IMG/VR virus record: IMGVR_UViG_3300032233_002382
Span: 64,001-128,000 of that record
Source: a virus
Lineage: Duplodnaviria > Caudoviricetes
Reading direction: 5' to 3' (one strand)
DNA: 64,000 bases
Part shown: positions 26,214 through 36,427 of the stretch, piece after piece
Layout of the letters: every line of letters starts with the position of its first letter
Numbering within the stretch: the stretch's first letter is position 1
Program-made: the position numbers and the translations under genes
The notes under the pieces: model-generated
Seen by the model: only the letters and a program-made list of their open reading frames with translations
Databases searched by the model: none
Told to the model about the DNA's origin: nothing

Positions 26214-27395
26214 ATGGGAGGCAAAGTAATCGTAACCGGAGGCGCCGGATATGTTGGTTCATTTATATGTCGAGACTTAAGACTTAAAGGATTCGATCCT
26301 ATCGTCGTCGATGATTTTTCAACCGGATTCAAAGAGAACGTAAGATTTGGAGAATATGAGCGGTGTGATTTACGTAATTATATGGAAGTCCAGAGGGTCT
26401 TTGAATCAATTAATGCCACAGCTGTAGTTCACGCTGCAGGATCGGTATCAGTAGAAGAGTCGGAGAGAGATCCTTCTAAATATTTCAGAAATAATGTGAC
26501 GACCACAATAAACATACTAGATGCTTGTGTGAATTTAGGTGTAAAAAATGTAGTATTTAGTTCTACGGCTGCCGTATATGATGAGTCAAACGCCGATATA
26601 GATGAGATGTCCGCGATTAGGCCAGTATCGAATTATGGTGTATCTAAACACTTGGCGGAGAAGATTCTGGAATCTTACTACAGGAGCTTTGGTCTTAATG
26701 TCATAATCTTTAGGTATTTTAATGCATCGGGAGCGAATCCGGGGTTAATGCTCGGTGATCTTAGGGCCAACAAGACACATTTGATCCCCAGAGTGGTCGA
26801 AAATGCTTTATCGGGAATCACCACCATAATAAACGGCAATGATTTTAATACCTCAGATGGTACTACAGTGAGAGATTATATTCATGTTGAGGACATAGCT
26901 TCAGCGCACTCCAAAGCTATCGAATTTTTGATGGATAAATCGACGTTCTATGACACCTTTAATCTCTCTACAGGTGTTGGGACAAGTGTTAAAGAGATAA
27001 TCGATGTCGTCGGACGTCGATTATGTGTGTCCGAAGCTTCTTGGTTCTATAGGTATGGTAATAGAAGACCGGGAGACTGCCAAAAGCTCACTTCCGGATC
27101 AGAGAAAGCGAAAAGGGCATTAAATTGGATGCCTACCAAGTCCCTTAAAGATATCATCGAAGATACTATAGAATACTCGAAGGCGAGAGGTAATTTCATG
27201 AAAAACGCAGGTCAACCGTCTCCTTATAGTAGCATATCACCAAATCAGTCAGCAGAGTGGATTGCTGGATACGCCGCTGGGCATGCAAACGCAATGTCTC
27301 AGATGCATGCGTTGATATCTAAGATCATAAGAGACATTGAGGTTTCAGAAATCAGTAAGCAGGAAATAATTAATAAACTCACTAACGCTTTGTGA
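26214..27395 (+). CDS. galE: UDP-glucose 4-epimerase with ~65-aa C-terminal extension
   Basis: TGGAGYVGS, FSSTAAVY, YGVSK, FRYFNASGA, DGTTVRDYIHVEDIA, RRPGD. Confidence 0.88.
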   Translation: MGGKVIVTGGAGYVGSFICRDLRLKGFDPIVVDDFSTGFKENVRFGEYERCDLRNYMEVQRVFESINATAVVHAAGSVSVEESERDPSKYFRNNVTTTINILDACVNLGVKNVVFSSTAAVYDESNADIDEMSAIRPVSNYGVSKHLAEKILESYYRSFGLNVIIFRYFNASGANPGLMLGDLRANKTHLIPRVVENALSGITTIINGNDFNTSDGTTVRDYIHVEDIASAHSKAIEFLMDKSTFYDTFNLSTGVGTSVKEIIDVVGRRLCVSEASWFYRYGNRRPGDCQKLTSGSEKAKRALNWMPTKSLKDIIEDTIEYSKARGNFMKNAGQPSPYSSISPNQSAEWIAGYAAGHANAMSQMHALISKIIRDIEVSEISKQEIINKLTNAL

Positions 27396-27402
27396 GGAAT
27401 CG

Positions 27403-27633
27403 ATGTTTATAGACTCGAGTTCGGTATCAAACCCTCAATCTTTTTCGTCTAATACAATCACGATCACCACAGGCTCTTCATCTCTAGGCGGCGTTCAGAC
27501 CCTACAGTACTCACCACCACCCATTACCTTCTCGAAAGACTATGTGAAAAGTCTCCTGGATATGATAGAGGCAGATCAAGAGTTATCTGCTCAGTTCGCT
27601 CGCATCATTGCATCTACGCTACATAACGAATGA
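27403..27633 (+). CDS. Hypothetical protein
   Basis: GAGGA RBS; 76 aa. Confidence 0.6.
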   Translation: MFIDSSSVSNPQSFSSNTITITTGSSSLGGVQTLQYSPPPITFSKDYVKSLLDMIEADQELSAQFARIIASTLHNE

Positions 27634-27872
27634 TTCATCCTACAGACCTGCAAGATTTGAAGTTACAAACAAGCCGATTTTATGCGGTATCTACAGACAC
27701 CGCTAAAAACCTTATATGTGAGATACAAGGTTTTCACAGAATCTTAGAGCATCTTGCAAATGTCCTGAATATTAACAAGGATGAATTATATTCAATGTCG
27801 CCCGACCAAATATGTGTCCTTATATCGAAGAAACTTTCAAGGCCGGAGTCAAAAAGTCATGATGTGGACTAA
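27630..27872 (+). CDS. Hypothetical protein
   Basis: ATGA overlap; 80 aa. Confidence 0.55.
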   Translation: MIHPTDLQDLKLQTSRFYAVSTDTAKNLICEIQGFHRILEHLANVLNINKDELYSMSPDQICVLISKKLSRPESKSHDVD

Positions 27873-27955
27873 AGACTCGTTGATTACGAATTTATCATAT
27901 AGATACTTTCAGATGTAAACAAATTAACCAGAGTTATCGTTAAATAGAGATCACT

Positions 27956-28159
27956 ATGGCGACGTTAAAATCGAATTCTCGACTCGGTATAAGCCCTGTG
28001 TGTAGCTCCATGGTGGCCTGCGACGGCATAACGGTTACCAACGGTAAAGATATTTGTGCTAGGTGTTTAAAAGCTTTGGCGAAGCGTAATGCTCCTCCAA
28101 AGCCACTCCGTGGCGAGTACTTATCTGCAACAATGGATATTAAAAAGAAGAAGCTTTGA
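27956..28159 (+). CDS. Small hypothetical protein with Cys pairs
   Basis: 67 aa; C-x5-C...CxxC. Confidence 0.5.
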   Translation: MATLKSNSRLGISPVCSSMVACDGITVTNGKDICARCLKALAKRNAPPKPLRGEYLSATMDIKKKKL

Positions 28160-28177
28160 CTAGTTTTAGACTGATGA

Positions 28178-28864
28178 TCACAGTAATAGGGACTTCACCC
28201 CTGTGATGATCGTGTCATCGTGGTTAGCCTTGTACCAGTTAACCGGAAATCCCATCGATTCTACAACTGCCCAAATATTCACCTCCCACGTAATCCGGGG
28301 TTTTATTGATTTAATGATATTCTGGGTAGCTATATGGAAATTCTTTAATGACTCCGAATCACTCGAGAGAACACCACCACAAAATCTCCACGAAATTTCG
28401 TGAATGTGATTTGTCTTTGAATTCCAGCATCCTGGAATCGTAACACCACTTGGAAGTCGATCGAATTCGACCAAATATTTTAAATGGTCTTTGTTTTTTA
28501 TGACGTGCGATATTCCGAAATCTACCCACGTTACGCGAGGAAGGTCGTACCGCTGGGCTGCTTTGACACAAAATTCAGTCTTCGCGTTTTGAATGATGTG
28601 AAAGTCGAGAGTGTTTTTAGTCGGATTATCGGAAACATAAACCTCCGGATTTTTTAAATCCATAAGCTTAAACGTATCCAATTCGCGTAGATCAGTCGGT
28701 ATTAAATTCACATGCGACGGAAAACGCGGAACATCTAGATTCTTGTCGAAAAATACCACGATCGGCAAACCTGTGTTGACCAAATCATTAAAGTATCTAA
28801 GGTAAGAATCGATGGGTCGGGTCGTATGGCCGTCTCTTTGAGCGAAAAATGAAGTAACTAACAT
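28178..28864 (-). CDS. HtrL/WlaTC-like glycosyltransferase-related protein
   Basis: AKTEF, TWVDFGISH, WRFCGG, WEVNIWA, WYKANHDD. Confidence 0.7.
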   Translation of the reverse strand: MLVTSFFAQRDGHTTRPIDSYLRYFNDLVNTGLPIVVFFDKNLDVPRFPSHVNLIPTDLRELDTFKLMDLKNPEVYVSDNPTKNTLDFHIIQNAKTEFCVKAAQRYDLPRVTWVDFGISHVIKNKDHLKYLVEFDRLPSGVTIPGCWNSKTNHIHEISWRFCGGVLSSDSESLKNFHIATQNIIKSIKPRITWEVNIWAVVESMGFPVNWYKANHDDTIITGVKSLLL

Positions 28865-29724
28865 GGGATACCGGAGTTTCTAACCACTTCTAAACATGAA
28901 TTTAATAAGTCTGGTCTGTTAGATTCTTTGATTCGTGTGAGGCATTCAAACACGTTTTTCGTGTTTTTGACTTTAACGTTATTTTCAATGATAGAAATGT
29001 AATCAGCAGGATAGCATCTAAACAGCTCCGGATTTTCGTGATAAACTTGGAACATTATCTGTTCGTCTGCGTGTCCATATCCAAGCTCGACCATTTCATT
29101 GAATTTCGACATTGCATGGTCGCAGTATAATTTCATATTCTCGATGCTGCCAGACCAAAATGTTCCTCCAAGGCCTGCGTGACCGTAAGCATAATACTTT
29201 TCGAGATCTCCTAAAAGTGAAGGCGAGTGAGAGTTCAGAATAGCCACGTTCATCTGGTCGATATTACTATCTAATATCAGATCTAAGTCTTCTCGTCGAA
29301 CGTCGCATGTTTTATAAAGCCCGAAATCCGCCCAAGCAAAATGACTCGAACCAAAAAGATCCAGATCGACTGCTTTGGAAACAAACCAAGGCTTACTGCA
29401 TGTTAAAGCAAAATATTCAGGAGTATTTCTAGGGTCCGGGTTATACTGTCTTCTGTGCCTATCTGATCGAATTTTATCTAGGAGTCTGTAGTTCGGCAAC
29501 AAAGATTTCGGTACGGGGATAACTACCGATCGGTCCGATCGGCAAAGAGATCTTATGTGAGATCCCATATCAGGTTCACAGAAGGTCACGATGTTGCAAC
29601 CATTATTCAATAATTTTTGCCCGCTTTCAAGGTATGTCCTGATCCGATCCGACTGAATTGGATTATCATCAAGACGATAAAAAGCAGTAACTAAAGTAAA
29701 GTTATTTGTGGCCATAAATGACAC
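28858..29724 (-). CDS. HtrL/WlaTC-like glycosyltransferase-related protein
   Basis: TLVTAFY, SKPWFV..A...D.FGSSHFAWADFG, GG.FWSG, ADEQIM. Confidence 0.7.
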   Translation of the reverse strand: MSFMATNNFTLVTAFYRLDDNPIQSDRIRTYLESGQKLLNNGCNIVTFCEPDMGSHIRSLCRSDRSVVIPVPKSLLPNYRLLDKIRSDRHRRQYNPDPRNTPEYFALTCSKPWFVSKAVDLDLFGSSHFAWADFGLYKTCDVRREDLDLILDSNIDQMNVAILNSHSPSLLGDLEKYYAYGHAGLGGTFWSGSIENMKLYCDHAMSKFNEMVELGYGHADEQIMFQVYHENPELFRCYPADYISIIENNVKVKNTKNVFECLTRIKESNRPDLLNSCLEVVRNSGIPC

Positions 29725-29739
29725 TACCGAGAGACCTAA

Positions 29740-30522
29740 ATGAAAATATATGATTGCTTCATGTTTTTCGCGGAATTCGAAATACTGGAATTAAGACTAC
29801 AAGAATTGAACGACTCGGTTGATTATTTCGTTCTTACGGAGTCGAATAAAACTCACGCTTTGAGGCCTAAGCCTTTATATTTTAAGGAAAATAATCACAG
29901 ATTCGAACCCTATCGAAAGAAAATAATCTACATCGAGAACTTAGATACGAACAAGTATTCGGGAGTTTGGTCTAAAGAAAATGCGGATCGCAATAGCTTA
30001 TCTCGAGGTTTAGTCAACGCAGACCAAGAAGATATTATTATGATTTCAGACGTCGATGAGATTCCCGATATAAGTAATTTAGATCTTGGTTCTGTTTCTA
30101 AACCCATTACTTTAGACATGGAATACTACAACTACTACGTTAATTGTCGTAAGAACAGGTGGTGGCCCGGTACGACGCTTCACAGGTTCAGCCATGGTCG
30201 CGACCCCCAATGGTATAGAGATAACAGAGTGGAATTCCCTAGAGTGCAGAACGGTTGGCACTATTCGTATCTTGGGGGTTTCGATCGAATAAAAGAGAAG
30301 CTCAGGCATGCTCCAGATTCGATTGAATATCGCCATTTCGACTACGTTAGCGACAATTCAAATGGGGAACTAATTAAGAAACGTTTGGATGGTATGCAGG
30401 ATATCTTCGGTAGAGGTGGTGATCAGACTATCAGGGTCGTAGATGCATTTGAAGGTCGTAAACCACGTAGCTTACGCGAATGGACTCAGAAGTATCCCTA
30501 CATGATAAGGACGGACTTGTAA
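29740..30522 (+). CDS. Glycosyltransferase family 17-like
   Basis: KIYDCFMFF.E.EILELRL.EL...VDYFVLTES..TH, IMISDVDEIP, GWHYSY.GG...I.EKL. Confidence 0.85.
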   Translation: MKIYDCFMFFAEFEILELRLQELNDSVDYFVLTESNKTHALRPKPLYFKENNHRFEPYRKKIIYIENLDTNKYSGVWSKENADRNSLSRGLVNADQEDIIMISDVDEIPDISNLDLGSVSKPITLDMEYYNYYVNCRKNRWWPGTTLHRFSHGRDPQWYRDNRVEFPRVQNGWHYSYLGGFDRIKEKLRHAPDSIEYRHFDYVSDNSNGELIKKRLDGMQDIFGRGGDQTIRVVDAFEGRKPRSLREWTQKYPYMIRTDL

Positions 30523-31256
30523 TGATCGATGTGTCGCTATGTATTCCATGCGGCGCAAAGCATGTGAAATACTTGCCTGCCGCCTTGAACTCTGTGCTTA
30601 CAGCTCCGGTGTTACCGGACGAGATCATAGTCTCGGTGTCTGGATGTGAAGACCAAGAATTGGTTCGCAGCATTCTTTCGTCTGTTAGCTTCCCTCGTTC
30701 TTTGGTCTTGAAAACCTTCATCTATCCTGAACAAAGAACGGCTGGACGAAATAGAAACGACTTGGCTGAGAAAGCGTCTTGCTCGATTATCTCATTCGTT
30801 GATGCTGATGACTGGTCTCATCCACAGCGAGTGTCCACTATAAAAAACATCTTTTTATCTGATGGCATTGTTCACCTCAATCATGGTCTAACATTATGTC
30901 CACCGCATCCTTACGATTCTTTCAGGTCGACGAAATATGATAGTGTCGAAATTATCGATTTAAAACCCGCTCGCGAATTTCTAGCGAAAATAGGCTCACC
31001 CAGACTAATGGGAGGTTACGGGAATTTTGAAAGAGTCCCAGGATGCCGTAATGATTTCGGCGTTCATAATGGAGCGGTAACCGTGCACAAAGATGTGTTT
31101 AAAAAGGTCAAGTTTAAGGAATCTCGCCGGGACTGGATCATAGCTGAAGACCAGGACTTTAACTATGAGGTTATGTTCCGATTTAATAAGTCGGTGCTTT
31201 GTCGAAATTCTCTTTATCTTTATAACCTTAGTGACCGGCTTAACGGAGGGTACTGA
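30522..31256 (+). CDS. Glycosyltransferase family 2
   Basis: SLCIPC, PDEIIV, GRNRN.LA, ISFVDADDWSHPQR, AEDQDF. Confidence 0.8.
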   Translation: MIDVSLCIPCGAKHVKYLPAALNSVLTAPVLPDEIIVSVSGCEDQELVRSILSSVSFPRSLVLKTFIYPEQRTAGRNRNDLAEKASCSIISFVDADDWSHPQRVSTIKNIFLSDGIVHLNHGLTLCPPHPYDSFRSTKYDSVEIIDLKPAREFLAKIGSPRLMGGYGNFERVPGCRNDFGVHNGAVTVHKDVFKKVKFKESRRDWIIAEDQDFNYEVMFRFNKSVLCRNSLYLYNLSDRLNGGY

Positions 31257-31933
31257 TGGAGAACGTTATTTATTGTTTCTGGACTGGGTCGAACCCCATG
31301 TCCGAAAATAGAAAGCGTTGCTTATACAGCATTTTAAATGCAGGGGTCGAAGTAAGACTTGTAACCCCACAGAATCTTTCAAATTACGTGCTTCCCGATC
31401 ATCCGCTACATAAGTCGTATGACTTACTAACGCCTGTTCACAAAGCGGACTACTTGAGAACTTACTTCATGCATTTTCATGGTGGCGGATACACTGATAT
31501 CAAGGAAACCAAGGTCTCATGGAAGCCGTACTTTGACCTCCTTAGGAATTCCGAGAAAGTATTGTGTGGATATAAAGAGGTAGGCCCTAATGGCGTAGCA
31601 GTTGTGGAAGAACCTCTTTATTCCTTTTTAAAGACAAAATGGGAAACGCTTCCAGGAAACTGCGCTTACATATGTAAACCTCGAAGCATCATAACTACGA
31701 AGTGGCTTCATCAGTGCGAACATATTCTGGATTTGAAGTATGAACTTCTATTAAAAAACCGGCCTACTGATTACCGAGACCACTACGAAAAACCTATGGG
31801 TAACTTCTTAAAATCCAACTATCCGCTTCGCTGGTCGGAGATTTTAGGTAGTGTGTTTCAGCCCATAGCCTATCTTCACAGGGATTTGGTGGACTTAAGC
31901 CTACCACCTCCAAATTTCAATGGTTATTGGTAA
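31256..31933 (+). CDS. Capsular-polysaccharide-synthesis-type (GT32-like) glycosyltransferase
   Basis: IYCFWTG, HKADYLR.YF...HGGGYTDIK. Confidence 0.8.
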   Translation: MENVIYCFWTGSNPMSENRKRCLYSILNAGVEVRLVTPQNLSNYVLPDHPLHKSYDLLTPVHKADYLRTYFMHFHGGGYTDIKETKVSWKPYFDLLRNSEKVLCGYKEVGPNGVAVVEEPLYSFLKTKWETLPGNCAYICKPRSIITTKWLHQCEHILDLKYELLLKNRPTDYRDHYEKPMGNFLKSNYPLRWSEILGSVFQPIAYLHRDLVDLSLPPPNFNGYW

Positions 31934-31963
31934 CCGTTATAACCAATAAGACTTCGGAGGCAA

Positions 31964-32743
31964 TTGATCATGACACAGAATGAGCTGAAGCAGATTTCAA
32001 ATGCGTGTAGTAAAAAGATGTTAGATTTAAGAGAAGCGAATTTTAGCTCTGATCCATTCAGTCATTTTTACGTCGATAACTTTTTTCCAGCAGAATTCGC
32101 TGAAAAAGTCCTCAATAATTTTCCGCCGCTAGACGACGCTTCCTGGGAGTTGTCTCAAGAAAAAGACATTGAAATAAAGTATAGATCGACTTGGAGATCA
32201 GAGTTCGACATACCTGAAGAAATCGTTAATGCAGTAAGAATTCTTAACGGTGCCGAATTTCTTGAGTCCTTATCGAAAGTGATGGGAGTAAATAAGATAA
32301 TTCCAGATCCGTATTTTACGGGCGGTGGATTAAATGTCAGCTCCAAGAGCGGACTTTTAGATGTGCACGTAGATGGGAATTATCACGATGCAACCGGCTT
32401 AAATCGTCGTTTAAATGTTCTTCTTTATTTAAACAAAAATTGGGATCCGGAATGGGGAGGTCAATTCGGGTTATTCGATGAGTCAGGAGATAAATGTATA
32501 AAGAAGATCGAACCAATCTTCAATAGGTTAGTAGTTTTCGAGACTCACGATCGCAGTTTTCATGGCTTTCCCGAACCACTTAAAGTGCCAGATGGTGTCA
32601 CCCGTAAATCGTTGATTTTATATTATTACACGGTTGAGAAGCGTCCGGGGCATCTCGTAACGGTTGAGGAACCCCATAGCGCGTTATGGAAAAACAGAGC
32701 TTTTCATGATAAGCGTGGTAACAAGACCAGGAATTTCACATAG
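31964..32743 (+). CDS. 2OG-Fe(II) oxygenase (prolyl-hydroxylase-like)
   Basis: PF.HF..DNF, GGGL, HVD...FHG facial triad, RRLNVLLYLN..W..EWGG, RKS. Confidence 0.85.
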   Translation: MIMTQNELKQISNACSKKMLDLREANFSSDPFSHFYVDNFFPAEFAEKVLNNFPPLDDASWELSQEKDIEIKYRSTWRSEFDIPEEIVNAVRILNGAEFLESLSKVMGVNKIIPDPYFTGGGLNVSSKSGLLDVHVDGNYHDATGLNRRLNVLLYLNKNWDPEWGGQFGLFDESGDKCIKKIEPIFNRLVVFETHDRSFHGFPEPLKVPDGVTRKSLILYYYTVEKRPGHLVTVEEPHSALWKNRAFHDKRGNKTRNFT

Positions 32744-33545
32744 CTGATATTTGGTCTCGAATTTTCGGTATCTGGAGAAAGTCATTTAAAGTGTGAACAC
32801 TTTTAAGCGTTCTGTTAATGCTTATATCTGTGTTGTGTGGCATTATATCCAGATTTAGATGGAATTTATCAGCGATGGCTTGGACTAGTTCATATTTTGA
32901 AATGGAGTCGGAGAATAAATGAACGGCCCCATTTTGATATTTCTGGTGTTTGACCATCGAATATATGCAGTCTGAAAGCTGCTTCGTCGTCATGCCGTTC
33001 CACATGTGATTCATGTAGCCGTTTATGCGACCTCCATTTTGGGATTTCACCCATTCAACAAGACCCTTACTGCCAAATCGTTCTTCCCCAATTATGCTCG
33101 TTCTAATGGTCATTACATTTATGGGCTCCCCAATTGATTTCGACTTTCCGTATAAATCTAAAGCGTTGTGGGGATCTTTCTCGTCGTAATTTCCTTTCTT
33201 GCCGTCATAAACACAATCTGTACTAATGTGGAACAATTGGATGTGGTTCGCTTTGCAATAATTCGCCAATTCTAGAGGAAAAACGCCATTTATCTTAATG
33301 GTCTCAATCGGGTCAATTTCAGCTATACTTTTCACTACCCCGATACAGTTAATAATTATGTCGCTTGAGCTTAGAGCGTTCAAAGAGCATGTTTTAGGAT
33401 CAAATTTGATGAATCTAGCATCTTTAAATACAGGCTCATTTCTAGTCGAATGAATGACATCTACATTACGAGACTGGAAATATTTAACCAGTTCATAACC
33501 GAGCATACCTCTTGCGCCTAGCACTACGATTCTCATATGTAGCAC
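32736..33545 (-). CDS. RmlD-like 4-keto-6-deoxy sugar-nucleotide reductase (QnlB/WbvR-like)
   Basis: GARGMLG, HISTDCVYDG.KG.Y.E, YGKSK, IRTSIIG. Confidence 0.85.
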   Translation of the reverse strand: MLHMRIVVLGARGMLGYELVKYFQSRNVDVIHSTRNEPVFKDARFIKFDPKTCSLNALSSSDIIINCIGVVKSIAEIDPIETIKINGVFPLELANYCKANHIQLFHISTDCVYDGKKGNYDEKDPHNALDLYGKSKSIGEPINVMTIRTSIIGEERFGSKGLVEWVKSQNGGRINGYMNHMWNGMTTKQLSDCIYSMVKHQKYQNGAVHLFSDSISKYELVQAIADKFHLNLDIMPHNTDISINRTLKSVHTLNDFLQIPKIRDQISAM

Positions 33546-34522
33546 CCTCTCACCAAGAGCTCTTTTGCCTTCTCTATATCTTGAACTTCGGATGAGTCGA
33601 ATTTAAGCATCGTCGTCTTGCGAATCGTATTGTAATTAATAGAACGATTGCGGGAAATTTCAATTTGAGGCTTCACGTATAAATATTGATTTCCATATTC
33701 GTACGCGTCCGCGCACTCGGACTCTGAAACTAGAGTCTCGTGGATCTTCTCTCCGGGTCTGATTCCTACTATGTTTATTTTAGTATCTTTATTTCCGTGC
33801 GCTTGTATTAGGCATTTGGCAATGTCGGTGATTTTAAAACTCGGCATTTTCATGACATAGGTGCCCACTCCGCACTCTCCACTAGCAGCCTTGAACAACA
33901 GCCCGACCGCTTCGGGAAGAGTTAGGAAAAACCTTGTCATTCGTTCATCGGTTATGTTTATTTGGTTGTACTTTTTTATCTGTTCGATAAACAACGGCAC
34001 AACCGAACCATTCGAGCCGAGAGCGTTCCCGCCACGAATACACTGGAATTCAGTGCCTACGGAGCTTGAATTCGCAGTAATAAATATTTTTTCGGCTATC
34101 GATTTGCTGTAACCGTATAGATTTATAGGAGCACACGCTTTATCTGTCGAAACCAGTATGGCTTTCTCGACTTCGGAAGATATGCAGGCATCGCGTAAAT
34201 TTGTGGTTCCTTGAATGTTAGTTTTAATGAACTCGTCAGGATTAGATTCACCAATCGGTACATGTTTCAACGCTGCTAAATGAAACACTATATCAATGCC
34301 TTTAGTAGCTTTGATTAATGAGTCTTTATCTCTAACATCACCGATGACAAATTCTAATGATGCGTCTGGTATTGACCGCTTCATCATGACTTGGGCATTC
34401 TCGTTACGAGAATAAACCCTGACGAGAGATGGATTATGATTCCTTAGAAGCTGACGGGTTAGTTCATGGCCCCATGATCCCGTTCCGCCTGTGATGAGGA
34501 TGCTCTTCTTGTCGAAATTCAT
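33533..34522 (-). CDS. UDP-GlcNAc 4,6-dehydratase (CapE/FnlA/PseB family)
   Basis: ITGGTGSWG, GDVRD, FHLAALKHVP, STDKA..PIN.YG.SK, GN.LGSNGSVVPLF, TDERMTRF, GIRPGEKIHE. Confidence 0.9.
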   Translation of the reverse strand: MNFDKKSILITGGTGSWGHELTRQLLRNHNPSLVRVYSRNENAQVMMKRSIPDASLEFVIGDVRDKDSLIKATKGIDIVFHLAALKHVPIGESNPDEFIKTNIQGTTNLRDACISSEVEKAILVSTDKACAPINLYGYSKSIAEKIFITANSSSVGTEFQCIRGGNALGSNGSVVPLFIEQIKKYNQINITDERMTRFFLTLPEAVGLLFKAASGECGVGTYVMKMPSFKITDIAKCLIQAHGNKDTKINIVGIRPGEKIHETLVSESECADAYEYGNQYLYVKPQIEISRNRSINYNTIRKTTMLKFDSSEVQDIEKAKELLVRGCYI

Positions 34523-35580
34523 ATTTTATCCGATATGATTTGACTAACGTTTTTGGACACTTGAGGTTCTAAGTACTCTGGAGGAATGATCCATGATCGT
34601 TTATCCATTACCATATTCAGACTGCTAAGAATGTTGTCTGGATCGTAACCGCTACAAATAGTAGAACCAGCGTCCAGCAATTCCTGTCGCTCCGTCACCG
34701 GTCTTAAAGTGACAGAAGGTATGCCCAATAAACAACATTCCTCAGGAACAGTCCCGGAATCAGAGAGAACTGCCGTAGCTTTTCTTTCAATATGTTGGAA
34801 TTCAAGAAATCCGCAAGCATCACGGAGTATGACGCGATCGGGGATTGCTACTACCGATGCCGAAAGTTTCGACTTTAACCTGGGGTGAACCATTAAAACG
34901 CAGGGCAATTCTAAATGCTCTGCACACTTCCCCAGTCCTATGATGGTATTCTGGAGATTCTTAAGGTTATCGACGCATTCGGATCTATGGAGAGTAGCCA
35001 GCAAAAATCTTTCCGGCATTGGGAATTCTGAAATGCAGCGTTTGTCTTTATAGAAATTCATTACTTCTAGGATCGGATTTCCAACAACAAAGCTGTCTGC
35101 TTCCGTTCTTCCGCACTTGTATAGGTTTTTTAGCGAATGGTTAGTGTAAGCAAGGTTAAATGCTGAAGTAGCGTCTATAATTTTTCGATTGCGTTCTTCC
35201 GGTACTGAGTCATCCCAACAACGGTTACCTGCTTCAAGATGGAAGACTGGTACTCCATATCGTTCACAAATTATAGCCGAAAGACCTGAGTATGTGTCTC
35301 CGAGTATTACGGCACCATCTGGTTTTTCGGTTATCAGGATCTTTTCAACTTGAACCAAGAGATGTGCTAAATACTCGCCGGTAGTAGATCCGCGTGTAGT
35401 CAAACGGTAATCCGGCGTCCTCATATTCAAGTCAGACCAGAATATTGAGTTTAAATTTGGTTCGAAATTCTGCTGAGTGTCTACCAATATCTGCTGGAAA
35501 TTGCGGTCTAATATTCTACTGATTACCGACAGCCTGATGATCTCTGGCCTTGTTCCTACTATTGTAATTAATTTTTTCAC
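34519..35580 (-). CDS. Non-hydrolysing UDP-HexNAc 2-epimerase (CapG/FnlC/WecB family)
   Basis: IVGTRPEIIRLS, LGDT, HLEAGNR, PEE.NR, VGNP, TLHR, DSGT..EE, LR..TER.E. Confidence 0.9.
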   Translation of the reverse strand: MKKLITIVGTRPEIIRLSVISRILDRNFQQILVDTQQNFEPNLNSIFWSDLNMRTPDYRLTTRGSTTGEYLAHLLVQVEKILITEKPDGAVILGDTYSGLSAIICERYGVPVFHLEAGNRCWDDSVPEERNRKIIDATSAFNLAYTNHSLKNLYKCGRTEADSFVVGNPILEVMNFYKDKRCISEFPMPERFLLATLHRSECVDNLKNLQNTIIGLGKCAEHLELPCVLMVHPRLKSKLSASVVAIPDRVILRDACGFLEFQHIERKATAVLSDSGTVPEECCLLGIPSVTLRPVTERQELLDAGSTICSGYDPDNILSSLNMVMDKRSWIIPPEYLEPQVSKNVSQIISDKI

Positions 35581-35581
35581 T

Positions 35582-36415
35582 TCAGATGACCTTTACAAGC
35601 ATGCACGACGAGCCCCATTCGAAACCACGATTGGCGACTACATCTCTCTGAGGGTTAAAGGTCTTATAGTACTCCTGATTTACGAATTGATTAGAATCTT
35701 TAGAATAAGATCGATCATGGGCCAAATGAATACCTGCTACCGAATCGTTTAGAACACATTTCATTCCGATAAGTTGCACTCTACGTCCGAAGTCTATGTC
35801 CTCCCAACCAACGCCCGCCATATATTTTTCATCGATACCGCCAAGAAGAGCAAAGTTTGATCGTTTCATTGCTCCCAGATAGTATTGATAAGCTTGGAAA
35901 TCTTCATGCCTACACCGAGCCGATCTTTTCGAAAGATTTTCCTTGCATATTGATTTAATGGTGCTTACTGAAATTCCTTTTTCTACCTCGGAAGCCACCA
36001 TTTCTTTAGGGCGTTCATCTAACCATCCATACAGAAAGTGATTCACATGCTCCGGATTTTTAAAATATTCGCGTATCTTCTGAACGTTGGTTGTTGCGTT
36101 TATGACTTCTGGGGAAGACAAGACTATTACATCGCCCTCACACATTTTAAATGCAAAATTCTGGATAGCAGATGGGTTGACATGCCCGTCATATCTTCGT
36201 TTAAAAAACGGCGATCTGGTCGGATCCACGATGGCTGCTTTAATTCTTAATCCTTTTTTACGATATTCTTCAACAGCAGCGACCCAACCACCGGGATTAT
36301 CAGAATTATCGATGGTGACTATTTCAAAGTCTATATCAGACTGACGTAGTAATGATTCTAGGTTCACTAAAAATAAATCGCTTCTATCTTTGTGAGGGTA
36401 TATGAAAGAAATCAT
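35582..36415 (-). CDS. Glycosyltransferase family 2 (paralog 2)
   Basis: Clearly similar to 25175..25990 and 36428..37264 (HKDR..LF..NL.SL, SSPEVINA, GIDE.YM.G...ED.DF). Confidence 0.85.
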   Translation of the reverse strand: MISFIYPHKDRSDLFLVNLESLLRQSDIDFEIVTIDNSDNPGGWVAAVEEYRKKGLRIKAAIVDPTRSPFFKRRYDGHVNPSAIQNFAFKMCEGDVIVLSSPEVINATTNVQKIREYFKNPEHVNHFLYGWLDERPKEMVASEVEKGISVSTIKSICKENLSKRSARCRHEDFQAYQYYLGAMKRSNFALLGGIDEKYMAGVGWEDIDFGRRVQLIGMKCVLNDSVAGIHLAHDRSYSKDSNQFVNQEYYKTFNPQRDVVANRGFEWGSSCMLVKVI

Positions 36416-36427
36416 TTTATATCCTAT

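Noticed and set aside
2141-28458. GGAAGTC matches at 2141, 3693 and 28452
   Set aside because: Inside coding regions and lacking CGT at +12; treated as chance matches.
31964-32743. TET/JBP-type DNA base hydroxylase
   Set aside because: Motif pattern fits the prolyl-hydroxylase-like 2OG family, and no DNA methyltransferase is adjacent.
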